Origin: Patescibacteria group bacterium
GTDB taxonomy: Bacteria; Patescibacteriota; Microgenomatia; JAMCZE01
Direction of reading: 5' to 3'
DNA length: 64,000 nt
Assembly (NCBI GenBank): GCA_023485845.1
Contig: JAMCZE010000007.1
Location: 11,391 to 75,390, forward strand
Position 1 is the first letter of the stretch, and the number at the start of each line of letters is the position of its first letter. This document shows positions 27,276-36,479 of this stretch, piece after piece. A model generated the notes under the pieces. That model searched no databases and was not told the DNA's origin. It was given only the letters and a program-made list of their open reading frames with translations. The translations under genes and the position numbers were made by a program.

Positions 27276-27423
27276 TTCTCCTACGAAGCCTATCTGCTCA
27301 AATCCGATGCCGAAGCCCAAGAAAAATACCTTAAAACCAGTATGGGAAAACGAGTCATCAAAAAGCAATTAACTAATTTCCTAAAGTCATAACCTCGGAG
27401 CCTCCCAGGGCTACATTTTTGTT

Positions 27424-27636
27424 TTATCGAATAACCGTGTGGCGATGGTGACCCTTCTTTTTTGCTCCCTCTCTCTCACCGGAGACATGCGATTTGGCAT
27501 TACCCTGACCAGCTGTTAATTGGTGAAATATCCTCGCCTTTTTCTTCTTTGAAGCCTGACGATCGGGTAATACATCTAGAGTGACATCATCGGCAATATT
27601 GCCGATCTTATTAATAAGACTATCTAGTTGTTCCAT
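27424..27636 (-). CDS. hypothetical small basic protein
   Basis: 70-aa ORF. It starts one codon after the stop of the upstream ORF, in the same frame. Confidence 0.3.
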   Translation of the reverse strand: MEQLDSLINKIGNIADDVTLDVLPDRQASKKKKARIFHQLTAGQGNAKSHVSGEREGAKKKGHHRHTVIR

Positions 27637-27639
27637 AAT

Positions 27640-27915
27640 TTAATCCTTCTTTTTGTGCCGAGATGGTAATCTGACAGTGATTCTAATGTCCTCTTCCTTC
27701 CACATTGCCAGCCGAGCCATCGAGCTGAACCACCAAACAAGAGGACGGGCCAAACGGCTGCCGCTCTCCTGCATATCTCCGGCCATTTGCAAATAACCGT
27801 CAATCTTCACATTGGGGTTATTGGAGTTTGTCAGTCGATTATCGCCCCACACCGCCCGCTCTCTGGTTTCATAAAGCCGCTTTAAATCGTCACCTTCGTT
27901 TTGTTCTTGGTTCAT
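27640..27915 (-). CDS. hypothetical protein
   Basis: 91-aa ORF. Confidence 0.35.
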   Translation of the reverse strand: MNQEQNEGDDLKRLYETRERAVWGDNRLTNSNNPNVKIDGYLQMAGDMQESGSRLARPLVWWFSSMARLAMWKEEDIRITVRLPSRHKKKD

Positions 27916-28014
27916 AAAGTTAATAATTTTGCCGAGTTTATCATAATCCCGGCATTTTGGTCTACCATATATGACATTTTGATGTTCTACCTAATCCTGT
28001 AGTATAATCTATTA

Positions 28015-28698
28015 ATGACCACCGCGGAAAACAAAGACCTTGTTAAACTAGCAATTAATCTTAATAAGGAGCTGGGAAAGAAAACACCGGCATATAAACT
28101 GCTGCCGGAGATTCGAGCCTTTCCCAAACCAATTTTAGTGGACTATAATGAAACCCTTGTTGGTAACAGCGAGGCTCCGTTAGTGGCCAATCCTGAAGCA
28201 AGCTCTTTCCTTGATCGGGTTAGGGAAACAGGAACAGTTTTCGTTTTGACCTCAAATATGCATCCCGATCGCGTCCACACTACTCTGGAGCGCCTGGATT
28301 TATGGCGAAAAGGAATGATTGTTATGACACCGCCTAATTACGATTTTTTGATAGCCCTAGAAGAAGCCTACTGGGGGCAGTATCAAGGCCCAGCAGCAGT
28401 GCTGCAAGCCGCCGAGAAAATAACTGATGAGTTTATTGCCTTACACAAACTGCCGTCAGACCGGTTAGTCTTCGCCAAGCCGCCAGCATATAAAACCATT
28501 GCCCCAATTTTCGGAAAACCATTTGATATTCCCCTCGTGGACGACAGTGCTGCCGCCACTGTCAATAATCTGGGAATATTTGGGCTGACTGCGAAGATGT
28601 TCACCCCTAACTCTGAAGAGCTTTGGGAAGGAGACTACGACCGACTATCTTTAACCCAGGCAGCCGACCGGATAATTGATTACTACCGTAAATTTTAG
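28015..28698 (+). CDS. hypothetical protein, possibly a degenerate HAD-like hydrolase
   Basis: ILVDYNETLVG (a motif-I-like segment with Asn replacing the second Asp), VFVLTSN and VDDSAAATVNN segments in HAD-like order. Weak. Confidence 0.35.
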   Translation: MTTAENKDLVKLAINLNKELGKKTPAYKLLPEIRAFPKPILVDYNETLVGNSEAPLVANPEASSFLDRVRETGTVFVLTSNMHPDRVHTTLERLDLWRKGMIVMTPPNYDFLIALEEAYWGQYQGPAAVLQAAEKITDEFIALHKLPSDRLVFAKPPAYKTIAPIFGKPFDIPLVDDSAAATVNNLGIFGLTAKMFTPNSEELWEGDYDRLSLTQAADRIIDYYRKF

Positions 28699-28723
28699 CT
28701 GTGATGAAGTATAGTTAATTTAT

Positions 28724-29554
28724 ATGGGAGAGTTGACCAAGAGCCAAGATGAACAGGTAAGCGACCCTTTAGTCGAGGAACTTATCAAAAGTATCCCCGC
28801 TAAAGATAGGCAATCAGCTATCCAGCAAGCCTCCGCCAGAAGACAGGAACTCATTCTCAAAGTCTGGATTGAAGAGAGGACTAAACTCAATTCAAAAGAA
28901 ATAAACAAATTGGGATTAACTCAGGATTTAGCCGGGTGGGAAAAATATTTGCGATGGTGTTTCGAGCAAGAGGACAAATTCCGGAAGAAATACGGCTTTG
29001 ATGACTGGAGCCGGAAATACCTCGCCCAGATGCTTTCCGATCGCCAAGAGGATGTTCACAAAATTGAGAGAGAATCAAAATATATTCGATTTTTTGGCAA
29101 AACCAGCTTTCGGGAGTATTACTTCAATGGATCCGGGGTTAATCCGGAAATTTGGATGGGTCCGGCCGCTGTCGAGATTGACTCCAATAGCCTTCTGGTT
29201 CATTCCATTAATTCGTTCGCGCTGTCCAAGGTGGCTCACTCCGGCTTTGTCGGCCGTGGCGGCAACTCAATGGCTGCCATGTGTCAAGACCGGGTGGTCT
29301 ATGACCGAGGCTATATAATCATCTGGCAAACCAATGAACTGGAAGCGGCCGGCTATCCCCTAATGCGGATAAATGAAGACCCAAGAGATGCAAAAATCCT
29401 TAAAGAATGGCGGTCCCCGGTGCCGGTTGATGTCCACCTGGCCCGGCTGATTGTCCCCACCAGTGATATTCCCGATCGGGAAAACGCTTCGCGGGCCCAA
29501 ATTGCCACTTCATATTTTGGCGAAGAATATCTGCGACAAATCCCCAGGCTATAG
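28724..29554 (+). CDS. hypothetical protein
   Basis: 276-aa ORF with no recognisable domain. Confidence 0.4.
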   Translation: MGELTKSQDEQVSDPLVEELIKSIPAKDRQSAIQQASARRQELILKVWIEERTKLNSKEINKLGLTQDLAGWEKYLRWCFEQEDKFRKKYGFDDWSRKYLAQMLSDRQEDVHKIERESKYIRFFGKTSFREYYFNGSGVNPEIWMGPAAVEIDSNSLLVHSINSFALSKVAHSGFVGRGGNSMAAMCQDRVVYDRGYIIIWQTNELEAAGYPLMRINEDPRDAKILKEWRSPVPVDVHLARLIVPTSDIPDRENASRAQIATSYFGEEYLRQIPRL

Positions 29555-29688
29555 CCTTAATGCTAAGCCAAAAAGTAATTTCTTATTTCTTTTATTCCCC
29601 GCAGCTGAGGGCATTAAGAAAATGTTAGCCATTCACTACTTGACTTTGTCCAAATAAAAGAGTATTCTTTACATATCCAGACAATTCT

Positions 29689-30390
29689 ATGGCAAGGAGC
29701 TTATTTAAAAACAGGGCAATTGAACTACGCAGACATGGCCGAAGTGTTAAAGACATTGCCCAAGAACTAGGGGTCGCTAAGAGCACTGCCTCATTATGGG
29801 TTCGCGATGTTATCCTTACTATTGAGCAGCTCGAACAATTAAAGAAAAGCCAAATAAAAGGCCGCGAACGAGGAAGAATTATTGGAGCACTAGTGCAAAA
29901 GCAGGCACGACTAAAGCGTATTGAAGAGGCCAAAGTGGAGGGGCGACGAACCATCTCTTCAATTTCCAAAAGGGAGATGTTGCTTGTTGGACTGGCCCTC
30001 TATGCCGGAGAAGGAAATAAAACCAGAGAGGTTAGATTTTGTAATTCTGATCCAAAAATTATTAATTTTATGATCAATTGGTTGATTATCTGTTTTGGGA
30101 TTAACAGAAACCAAATCAGGCTCGCGGTGGGAATAAACGAAGCCCATCGGTCCAGAGAGCTATTAGTTAAAGACTACTGGTCAAAAACCACAAACCTACC
30201 ATTATCGTGCTTTGTAAAAACGAGCTTCAAAAAGACCTCAAGCCATAAAATCTACGAAAACTTTAATGAACACTTTGGCACTTTAGATGTAAGAATTTTG
30301 CAGTCGAAGGGACTTTACTATAAAATAGGCGGGTTAATTGAGGCACTTTTAGGCCAGGGTAGCTCAGTGGTAGTAGCACGTATTTCATAA
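29689..30390 (+). CDS. hypothetical protein with N-terminal helix-turn-helix
   Basis: RSVKDIAQELGVAKSTASLWVRD is HTH-like. The 3' end of the ORF overlaps the tRNA at 30353-30425, so the C-terminal residues are suspect. Confidence 0.4.
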   Translation: MARSLFKNRAIELRRHGRSVKDIAQELGVAKSTASLWVRDVILTIEQLEQLKKSQIKGRERGRIIGALVQKQARLKRIEEAKVEGRRTISSISKREMLLVGLALYAGEGNKTREVRFCNSDPKIINFMINWLIICFGINRNQIRLAVGINEAHRSRELLVKDYWSKTTNLPLSCFVKTSFKKTSSHKIYENFNEHFGTLDVRILQSKGLYYKIGGLIEALLGQGSSVVVARIS

Positions 30391-30425
30391 GTACGCTGTC
30401 GGGAGTTCGATTCTCCCCCCTGGCA
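30353..30425 (+). tRNA. tRNA-Met (anticodon CAT; elongator or Ile2-type)
   Basis: Acceptor GCCAGGG/CCCTGGC. Anticodon stem CGTAT/GTACG with loop TTCATAA. T-arm GGGAG-TTCGATT-CTCCC. Discriminator A. No encoded CCA. The D-arm is slightly irregular. Confidence 0.7.
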
Positions 30426-30797
30426 CTAGAAAATTAATTTGGCCCATTTTTGCCAATTCGGGGTGGCGTCGGGGGAAGCGGCCGGAGCAGCCACTCCCAA
30501 AAGACTTTGGTCAATCACCACCACCTGCTCCCCCGGTTTAGACAGGCCCAAATCATCCCGGGCGACTTTCTCCAAATAGTCCGGTGCCGCCACTTTATTT
30601 TTCTCCCGAAGCAGATCATCCCGTTCCTTATTAAGTTGCGCCAGCTCGGTTTGCCGGCTGGTGAGTTTGTCTTTAGCATGATAGAGGTCCACCATCGAAC
30701 CCAGGGTGGTCACGATTAAATAGACACAAATAATCACCGCTGCCCAGCGAATAACTCGGTATTGAAATTTGCCCCCGTAATTGTTATTATGGGTCAT
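30426..30797 (-). CDS. septum formation initiator family protein (FtsB/DivIC-like)
   Basis: N-terminal TM helix, coiled coil, and C-terminal PDYLEKVARDDLGLSKPGEQVV matching the FtsB/DivIC signature. Confidence 0.7.
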   Translation of the reverse strand: MTHNNNYGGKFQYRVIRWAAVIICVYLIVTTLGSMVDLYHAKDKLTSRQTELAQLNKERDDLLREKNKVAAPDYLEKVARDDLGLSKPGEQVVVIDQSLLGVAAPAASPDATPNWQKWAKLIF

Positions 30798-31649
30798 ATG
30801 GAGCTTTCTGACTATCTCGACAAGTTTGTGGCCTTCCTTCGCTCCTCGAAAAAAGCGTCGGCCACCACCATTGCCTACAAAAAAGACATCGATCAGTTGT
30901 TAGCATACCTCAAAAAGGCCGGGCGAACAAACATCAAGGCCGTGACCACCGACGATCTTAATGGCTTTTTGGCCCTGCTCTCCTCTCAAAACTACACCCC
31001 TAAGTCCGTTTCCCGTAAGATTAACTCGATTAAAACTTTCTACCGCTTTCTGGTGTTGAATAAAGACACGGACAATAACGTGGCCGCTGCTATCACCCAC
31101 CCGAAGTTTGATAATAAAGCGCCGCGGATTTTAACCCGGATGGAATATCGGGCGGTGCGCGACGCCTGCCGGGAAGACGCCCGGATTGCCGCCGTGGTGG
31201 AGCTGCTGCTTCAAACCGGGATGCGCATCGGGGAATTGGCCGCTTTAACCCTGGGCAGTATTAGCGACAATTTTGTTAAAATCCCCGCCATTGAAGGCCA
31301 CCCAGAGCGCGAAGTGCCGCTGAACAAAGCCGCCAAGACGGCCTTGGATCACTATCTAACCATCCGGCCAAAAGTGAAATCGGACGCCCTGTTCATCACC
31401 AAAACCGGCCGGCCGCTCTTGATTCGCAACATCAGAACCGCCATTGACCGCTATTTCAAGATTGCGGGCATTGCCGGCGCCAAAGTTAACGACCTGCGGC
31501 ACACCTTTATTGCCCACCACCTGGCCGCCGGCGCTTCCCCAATTTTGGTGTCCAAACTGGTCGGTCACAAACGCATCTCCACCACAGAAAAATATCTGGA
31601 GTTTATCAAAGACCTCCCGGCCCAAAAAGTTAAATTGGAAGAACTCTAA
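30762..31649 (+). CDS. tyrosine recombinase XerC/XerD family
   Basis: N-terminal SAM-like domain. C-terminal LRHTFIAHHLAAGASPILVSKLVGHKRISTTEKYL carries the catalytic R..H..R..Y arrangement. Confidence 0.8.
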   Translation: MKFAPVIVIMGHMELSDYLDKFVAFLRSSKKASATTIAYKKDIDQLLAYLKKAGRTNIKAVTTDDLNGFLALLSSQNYTPKSVSRKINSIKTFYRFLVLNKDTDNNVAAAITHPKFDNKAPRILTRMEYRAVRDACREDARIAAVVELLLQTGMRIGELAALTLGSISDNFVKIPAIEGHPEREVPLNKAAKTALDHYLTIRPKVKSDALFITKTGRPLLIRNIRTAIDRYFKIAGIAGAKVNDLRHTFIAHHLAAGASPILVSKLVGHKRISTTEKYLEFIKDLPAQKVKLEEL

Positions 31650-32590
31650 CGTCGTCCCACAATAAGATCAACCATTCCTCGGACCCAGATGCCATAAACT
31701 TCGGCCGCAGTGTCCAAATCGGTGTCCGCCGAAACCTCAACTGCCACACTGTCCTTCACTCCCAATAACCGAGTGAGATCGGTAACTGTTCCGTCATAAC
31801 GATCAGTGACATTACCACGGCCATCAGTCCAAGCCGGTGTTGCCAAGCCAGAAAGTATTTTCTTGTTTGTCCACAACGGAACAACCCCCGCGACGTTATC
31901 AAGTATTGAATTAAAGCGATTTGGGTCACCAAAAATATATTGGTAGCTGGCCGGACAATCAACATCCGTGTCCTCCTGGGTTCGCCTATCCACATGGCAG
32001 TCAACTACAGCTTTTATCCGACCACGAAAGTCACCCTCCCACCAGTTCTTTGTTAAAATATTGCTTAAAAGCCTTGTTTCTTCCGGCAATTTTTGCTCTG
32101 AATCGGCTGCCCACCACCATGATGCCACTTTATTTTCATCTTCACCACCAAGATCATCAACTATTCGACCATCAGTCAAAAAATAGCGAACAAAATCGTT
32201 GTTAGCTACTGGGTCTTCGACCGGAGTGTCAGCATTATACCTGGTTCCCTGTCGGGCTCCGGATTCGTTCACTAATAAGTAGGCCCTCACACCCACCCTA
32301 TTTTTGTGAGCATAATTAACAACTTCGTTAAGTTTCACCGCCGAACCCAGAAAAGCGTGGGGTTCATTCCCATGGAAACCAGCCGTCCAGACAAGGGCGG
32401 CCTTATAAAAGCCAAACTCTTTTGAGGTGATTTCTAACAACTGATGACGCCCGGAGTGATAATTTAGAGGATGAGAACATATGTCTAAGTCTTTCCTGTC
32501 TTCAACCTGTGTCAGGAGATACGCATGGTAATTTCTAAGATCAACCTTACCGTCACGCACAACGTCCTTGGCCAACTCCGATGCTTTCAT
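31646..32590 (-). CDS. M14-like zinc carboxypeptidase / succinylglutamate desuccinylase-aspartoacylase family protein
   Basis: HGNEPH motif (the HGNE zinc-binding signature of the AstE/AspA and MpaA-like subfamily). 314 aa. Confidence 0.5.
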   Translation of the reverse strand: MKASELAKDVVRDGKVDLRNYHAYLLTQVEDRKDLDICSHPLNYHSGRHQLLEITSKEFGFYKAALVWTAGFHGNEPHAFLGSAVKLNEVVNYAHKNRVGVRAYLLVNESGARQGTRYNADTPVEDPVANNDFVRYFLTDGRIVDDLGGEDENKVASWWWAADSEQKLPEETRLLSNILTKNWWEGDFRGRIKAVVDCHVDRRTQEDTDVDCPASYQYIFGDPNRFNSILDNVAGVVPLWTNKKILSGLATPAWTDGRGNVTDRYDGTVTDLTRLLGVKDSVAVEVSADTDLDTAAEVYGIWVRGMVDLIVGRR

Positions 32591-32604
32591 AACTGTGTAT
32601 CTTA

Positions 32605-32865
32605 CTACGCTGTTTCCACACTGTCGCCCTCTTTGACCGGCTGGTCAACTTTGATGGCCACATCGTCGCCCTTTTTGGCCTCCTGGACTTGCTCGTGTTC
32701 GATCTGCATTGAGGCCACCGTTTGAGTTAATTCCTTGCCGTGTCCGGTGATTTTCACCGTGTCTCCGACCGCCAGCGGGCCGGAGAGCTTCAGCGCCGCC
32801 ACCCCGATTTGGTCGAAATAATGGGCCACTTTGCCAATTACTTTTGCTTTTGCCATTCTCTTCAC
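32605..32865 (-). CDS. small beta-barrel protein, EF-Tu domain-2-like (hypothetical)
   Basis: 86 aa with alternating hydrophobic/charged strands reminiscent of the translation-factor domain 2 fold. Low certainty. Confidence 0.3.
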   Translation of the reverse strand: MKRMAKAKVIGKVAHYFDQIGVAALKLSGPLAVGDTVKITGHGKELTQTVASMQIEHEQVQEAKKGDDVAIKVDQPVKEGDSVETA

Positions 32866-32918
32866 CCCCGATCCAGTCTTATTCTACCACTAGCATTAAA
32901 ATTGGTATAATTAGAGAT

Positions 32919-32990
32919 GGAACCGTAGCTCAACGGTAGAGCAAATGTCTTATACACATTACGTTGGAGGTTCGAATCCTCCCGGTTCCA
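32919..32990 (+). tRNA. tRNA with anticodon TAT (tRNA-Ile, UAU)
   Basis: Acceptor GGAACCG/CGGTTCC. D-arm GCTC-AACGGTA-GAGC. Anticodon stem AATGT/ACATT with loop CTTATAC. T-arm GGAGG-TTCGAAT-CCTCC. Discriminator A. Confidence 0.75.
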
Positions 32991-33590
32991 CTAAACTTCC
33001 ACTTTTATATACCCTCCTTTTTGCAAATAGCCCTGGACGCCTTCACTGACAGCGTATATGTCTTTGCCTTCCAAGCTATATTTTAAAACCATAATCGGGT
33101 CGCCGTGGGAAACAGCAATGACATTGTGGTCTTTATGCTTTTGAGCAATTTCATCTAAAAATGATCTCATCCGCGCTGCCACCTCTTCTGGCTTCTCTCC
33201 TCTTTCCAACTGTTGGGGAAAACGATAAAGACTTTTCTCTCCGCGCATCTTTTCAAACTCGTCCTTATCCATTCCTTGAAATGGAGATTTTAGTTCAATT
33301 AAGCGGTCGTCAACGGTCACCGGCAAGTTTAGTTTCTCCCCGATAATCGCCGCCGACTCCCGACAGCGCTGAACAGGACTGGTGTAGATAGCCGCAATGT
33401 TTTTGGCAGAAAACTGGTCGGCCAGGGTCTCGATTTGCGCCCGACCCACGGCACTTAGGGCAAACCCGGGCAACCACAGGGGGACAATATTTTTGGGGTT
33501 CTCAATTTCTCCGTGGCGGACAAAATAAACAGTGGTCATTCTTAACCGGCTGCTAATTTGAGATCCTCGTTGGCCTTTTCCATCAGCCAC
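32991..33590 (-). CDS. histidine phosphatase family protein (phosphoglycerate mutase-like)
   Basis: VYFVRHGEIENP (RHG motif) and the downstream catalytic His in ...AVSHGD. Confidence 0.8.
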   Translation of the reverse strand: MADGKGQRGSQISSRLRMTTVYFVRHGEIENPKNIVPLWLPGFALSAVGRAQIETLADQFSAKNIAAIYTSPVQRCRESAAIIGEKLNLPVTVDDRLIELKSPFQGMDKDEFEKMRGEKSLYRFPQQLERGEKPEEVAARMRSFLDEIAQKHKDHNVIAVSHGDPIMVLKYSLEGKDIYAVSEGVQGYLQKGGYIKVEV

Positions 33591-33829
33591 ATCCGCGCCA
33601 GGGTGGACACATCCAATCCTTTACGTCGGGCAATTTGCTTGAGTCTATTTTTAAAAGCCATTTGCAGGCGCAACACCAAACTGGCCTCCCGCGGTCCGTC
33701 CAGTTCAAAAACTAAATCCACATCCTTCCATTTATCCCAATAATCCGCCAGGCTGTGAGTGTCCCAAAACTCCGCCTCCTCTTTATAATTCTTAAATTTA
33801 GGAATCGGGTCATTTTTTTTCTTTTTCAT
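33542..33829 (-). CDS. brnA: BrnA-family antitoxin (ribbon-helix-helix)
   Basis: EEAEFWDTHSLADYWDKWK and a C-terminal RHH region. Downstream of, and overlapping, the DUF497 toxin gene. Confidence 0.7.
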   Translation of the reverse strand: MKKKKNDPIPKFKNYKEEAEFWDTHSLADYWDKWKDVDLVFELDGPREASLVLRLQMAFKNRLKQIARRKGLDVSTLARMWLMEKANEDLKLAAG

Positions 33830-34118
33830 AAACTTTCATCCTTTCTTCCCTGCTCGCATCCCGAGCCGTGACTACAAAATAGTGACCGGTTTTCTCGCGA
33901 TTAACGATCACGGCGATTATCCTTGTCCCGCTTCGGCCCATCGCGATATACCTTCCGGCGTATCCCCGTTTATGAGCGATCAGGTTCTTCGCCGCTTCTT
34001 CCGCTTCCGCCACCGAAACACGGTGTTTCTTAATGTGCTCTTTGGTCCAGTTTCGCCAGGTTAATTTCTTAATCTTAATCCTCGTCATTATTGTATTACA
34101 CTGTGATACAAAAGTCAA
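33810..34118 (-). CDS. brnT: BrnT-family toxin (DUF497 ribonuclease toxin)
   Basis: LTWRNWTKEHIKKHRVSVAEAEEA...TARDASREER matches the BrnT pattern F.WD..K...N..KHGV.F.EA...SARKA. Confidence 0.7.
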   Translation of the reverse strand: MTFVSQCNTIMTRIKIKKLTWRNWTKEHIKKHRVSVAEAEEAAKNLIAHKRGYAGRYIAMGRSGTRIIAVIVNREKTGHYFVVTARDASREERMKVYEKEKK

Positions 34119-34121
34119 GAA

Positions 34122-36479
34122 TCAATATAAATGGCTGCGGGAGGCGATTTCCGCCTCCACTTCCCGAACATCCCGGCCATATTTTAGCGAAGAAAGTTCC
34201 TTGACCATTTCTGCCACTTTAGGATTTCGGGCGGCGTTAATTTTTTTGAAGTCGTGGTCAATTTCCATGGAAAAGGCCGGGGTCGGCTCGTTGTTCACCA
34301 GGGTTTTAACATAGCAATTGAAAGCCTCCACTTTGAGAAGATCCGATTCGCCAAACGTCGGGGCAAATTCATGGGCCAAAAACTGGGCGTCGGCCACCCC
34401 GCCGCGAAAAGCAATCTTGGTCCCAACGTTACCAAATATCGCGTTTTTAATGTCCTCTTCGACCTGGGCGATAAATTGATTGGCCACCGTTAAATTAAGG
34501 GCATATTTTCTTGCCTCGGACAAAATGGTGGCAAAATCCGGGGTGGCAAAGTTTTGAAACTCGTCAACATAAAGATAGAAGTCACGGCGTTGCTCGGCAG
34601 GAATGTTTTGCCGGGAGGTGGCGGCAGAGAGAATCTTTGGCACCAAAAGGCTGCCCATAAAACTGCTGTTTTCTTCCCCGATCAAGCCTTTGGCCAAATT
34701 AACGATAATAATTTTGCCCTCATCCATGGCTTGGCGAAAATCAAAAGACGAGGAAGACTGGCCGACAATGTTGCGCATTAACTTATTGGTCACGAACCGG
34801 CCGAATTTAGAAACGATGTAGTCCAAGGTTTCCGATTTGTGAAATTCACTGGTGGCGGCAATTTGCTCCGTCCAGAATTTTTTGACAATTTGGTCGTTAA
34901 CTTTGGGCAGCAGTTCCTGCAAATAGGGCCCACCGGGGTCCTGGAGAATGCGCATCACCTCAATGATTGTTCCCCGCGGCTCCGCCTCCATCACGGTTAA
35001 CATCGCGTTGCGGACCGAGTGTTCGAGGCGCGGGCCAACAATGCCTGTCTGGTGCGGGTCAAAAAGTTTATAGAGCAGCCCGATAAATCCGGCAACAGTG
35101 AGATGGCGCTCATACTCATCGTGGGATTCCATAATGTTCCAGCCAAACGGCCGGGCGGTGTTAGAAACGTCAAAATAAATCACGTCCTCGGCCCGCTCCG
35201 GCGGCAGGGATTCCATAATCTGCTCATAAGTGTCGTGGGGGTCAATAAAGCAAACGCCCCGGCCGGCCCGGATGTCTTGAAGGACCATCTGGGCCAAGAG
35301 AGTCGACTTGCCGGTGCCGGTGGCCCCGACAATGTAGACATGGCGGCGACGGTCTGGGTTAAGAAGGTACACCGGCCGGTCTTGGCCACGAAAGATAGAT
35401 TTTCCCAGATATAAATCGCCCTTATCCGGCACTTCCTGGGGAGCCGGCGCCCGTTTGGCATTAAGCCAGAAAATGTTGGGCGTTTCGATGCTTTTGTTGG
35501 GAAAATGAAAAACTGTCGCCAGTTCTTCGCACGTTAAGACCGACGGCTTTTTAAACAGCGGCTGGTAACGGTAGATGAAATCGGTCATGAAGTTTTGCTG
35601 GATGCGGATTTTGTCGCCAGTGAAAAAGTTCTGATCGGAGGAAAACTGGGCAAAAGCACTTTTAATGTTATCTAAAATTACTTTTGCTTGGTCGGCGGTT
35701 GGGGCGTTGGCCACGATCCGGATTGAGGTATTAAACCCGGGTTTGCCGGTTTTATTTTCAATGGCCTCCAAGGTTTTGGCGTCCACGTTAAACCGGGCCT
35801 TTTCTGGGTCGGCCTCGTTTTTCTTTGTCTTGCTGATGAATTTGCGGCCAAAACCACGCCATTTGGAATCGGCCGGGGCAACAATAAACTGAATGGCGGC
35901 CGCCTCGCCTTTGTCCAGTTTAGCCAGGGCGGAAGTCATCTGGGAAAGCGGGTCCACGGCCAAATCCCGGAAGGACTTAATGGGAAAGTAGTCGGAAAAT
36001 TTTAGTTTTAAACTGGCATAGGCCACCTCACCCTGTTCGGTGAACAGGTTAAAGTCCTCCACTTGGGTGATCACCGCCCCGGGATAAGTGCCGTTAATCT
36101 GTTTTTCCAGCAATTCCCGTTGTCTAGCGGAGACGGAAACATAAAAGCGGATGTCACCAGGCAGGCCGACAATTTCAAAAGCCACGTGTTCCTGAATCTT
36201 AAGAAATTCAAAATCAAACCAGCCGCTTTTCCCTCGATAAAGGGTATATAACGAGGAGAAAAGTTGTTCCATTGCGTCAATTTTCACTTCATTGTCGCGC
36301 GGCACCGCCACCTGTAAGGTCACAAAATCTAGGGCGTGTTCTTCTCTTCCCCGCCATTTATAAAATTGAATAAAAAGCCAACCGGCCACTCCGCCGACCG
36401 CCGCCAACAGCCCCAGTGAACCGAGAATAAAAATTAGCCCGATAATTATGGCCGGAAAATTAGAAATCAAATCGATCAT
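34122..36479 (-). CDS. membrane-anchored VirD4/TraG-like (type IV coupling protein-like) P-loop ATPase
   Basis: Two N-terminal TM helices. Walker A YIVGATGTGKST. Walker B/TraG-D_C-like FYLYVDEFQNFATPDFATILSEARKYALNLTVANQ. 785 aa. Confidence 0.65.
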   Translation of the reverse strand: MIDLISNFPAIIIGLIFILGSLGLLAAVGGVAGWLFIQFYKWRGREEHALDFVTLQVAVPRDNEVKIDAMEQLFSSLYTLYRGKSGWFDFEFLKIQEHVAFEIVGLPGDIRFYVSVSARQRELLEKQINGTYPGAVITQVEDFNLFTEQGEVAYASLKLKFSDYFPIKSFRDLAVDPLSQMTSALAKLDKGEAAAIQFIVAPADSKWRGFGRKFISKTKKNEADPEKARFNVDAKTLEAIENKTGKPGFNTSIRIVANAPTADQAKVILDNIKSAFAQFSSDQNFFTGDKIRIQQNFMTDFIYRYQPLFKKPSVLTCEELATVFHFPNKSIETPNIFWLNAKRAPAPQEVPDKGDLYLGKSIFRGQDRPVYLLNPDRRRHVYIVGATGTGKSTLLAQMVLQDIRAGRGVCFIDPHDTYEQIMESLPPERAEDVIYFDVSNTARPFGWNIMESHDEYERHLTVAGFIGLLYKLFDPHQTGIVGPRLEHSVRNAMLTVMEAEPRGTIIEVMRILQDPGGPYLQELLPKVNDQIVKKFWTEQIAATSEFHKSETLDYIVSKFGRFVTNKLMRNIVGQSSSSFDFRQAMDEGKIIIVNLAKGLIGEENSSFMGSLLVPKILSAATSRQNIPAEQRRDFYLYVDEFQNFATPDFATILSEARKYALNLTVANQFIAQVEEDIKNAIFGNVGTKIAFRGGVADAQFLAHEFAPTFGESDLLKVEAFNCYVKTLVNNEPTPAFSMEIDHDFKKINAARNPKVAEMVKELSSLKYGRDVREVEAEIASRSHLY

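Noticed and set aside
29689-30390. LAGLIDADG-like segment (LLVGLALYAGEGNK) suggesting a homing endonuclease next to the tRNA
   Set aside because: Only a single, imperfect motif with no second LAGLIDADG copy or supporting features. It is kept as a hypothetical HTH protein.
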